In this document: piece by piece, positions 63,811-64,000 of the stretch
Layout of the letters: every line of letters begins with the position of its first letter
Position numbering within the stretch: position 1 is the first letter of the stretch
Assembly (NCBI GenBank): GCA_963779415.1
Contig: CAVZYA010000001.1
Coordinates: forward strand, 1,664,001 to 1,728,000
Reading direction: 5' to 3'
Source of the DNA: an uncultured Acidobacteriota bacterium
GTDB lineage: Bacteria > Acidobacteriota > Thermoanaerobaculia > UBA5066
Length of the DNA stretch: 64,000 nt
The notes under the pieces: model-generated
The model's database searches: none
The model's input: the letters and a program-made list of their open reading frames with translations, nothing else
What the model was told of the DNA's origin: nothing
Translations under genes and position numbers: made by a program

Positions 63811-64000
63811 TCAGTTCGACGCGGGGGGAACCGGCGTGACGCTGATGAAGCGGCCGAGACGACCCTTGTCGTGGAACTGGACGATGCCCGGCACCTTCGC
63901 GAAGAGCGAGTCGTCCTTCGCGCGTCCGACGTTCGTTCCCGGCTTCAGGGGCGTCCCGCGCTGGCGCACGAGGATCGATCCTCCGGTGACGAGCTGACCC
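63811..64000 (-). CDS. rpmA: 50S ribosomal protein L27 (5' truncated by window edge)
   Basis: [42 protein letters not shown]...; upstream of obgE. Confidence 0.95.
   Translation of the reverse strand, partial: GQLVTGGSILVRQRGTPLKPGTNVGRAKDDSLFAKVPGIVQFHDKGRLGRFISVTPVPPASN

Overview
High-GC bacterial chromosomal window. The secreted-protein families and gene order suggest Acidobacteriota, probably Thermoanaerobaculia (inference). Many single-base frameshifts in otherwise intact genes look like long-read consensus errors. About 1-26 kb is a cell-surface glycan locus: 2 SAM methyltransferases, 6 glycosyltransferase genes, a PIG-L deacetylase, a GNAT, and a wzm/wzt ABC exporter. wzm and wzt are split by a 9.5 kb co-oriented cassette encoding an FG-GAP lipoprotein, a 559-aa S-layer-like secreted protein (own sigma70 promoter, long 5' UTR, terminator) and an 1815-aa PKD/Ig adhesin-like protein. 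This is a candidate undescribed glycosylated S-layer system. 26-39 kb holds dnaJ-like, glgC, Lrp, an orphan sigma54 promoter with no normal gene downstream (candidate sRNA or micropeptide), two outer-membrane proteins, comF, proline dehydrogenase, a sigma54-linked two-component system and an FHA-GAF-PP2C protein. 39-64 kb is mostly housekeeping: rpmE, prfA, an NSAR/OSBS-M20-GNAT operon, a ctaA-ctaB fusion, SCO, prmC, HIT, Slt, SurA-like, rsmI, SNF2+SWIM, holA, dksA, rlmH, a degenerate sigma54 activator, rsfS, nadD, obgE and rpmA. No rRNA, tRNA, CRISPR array or mobile element was recognised.
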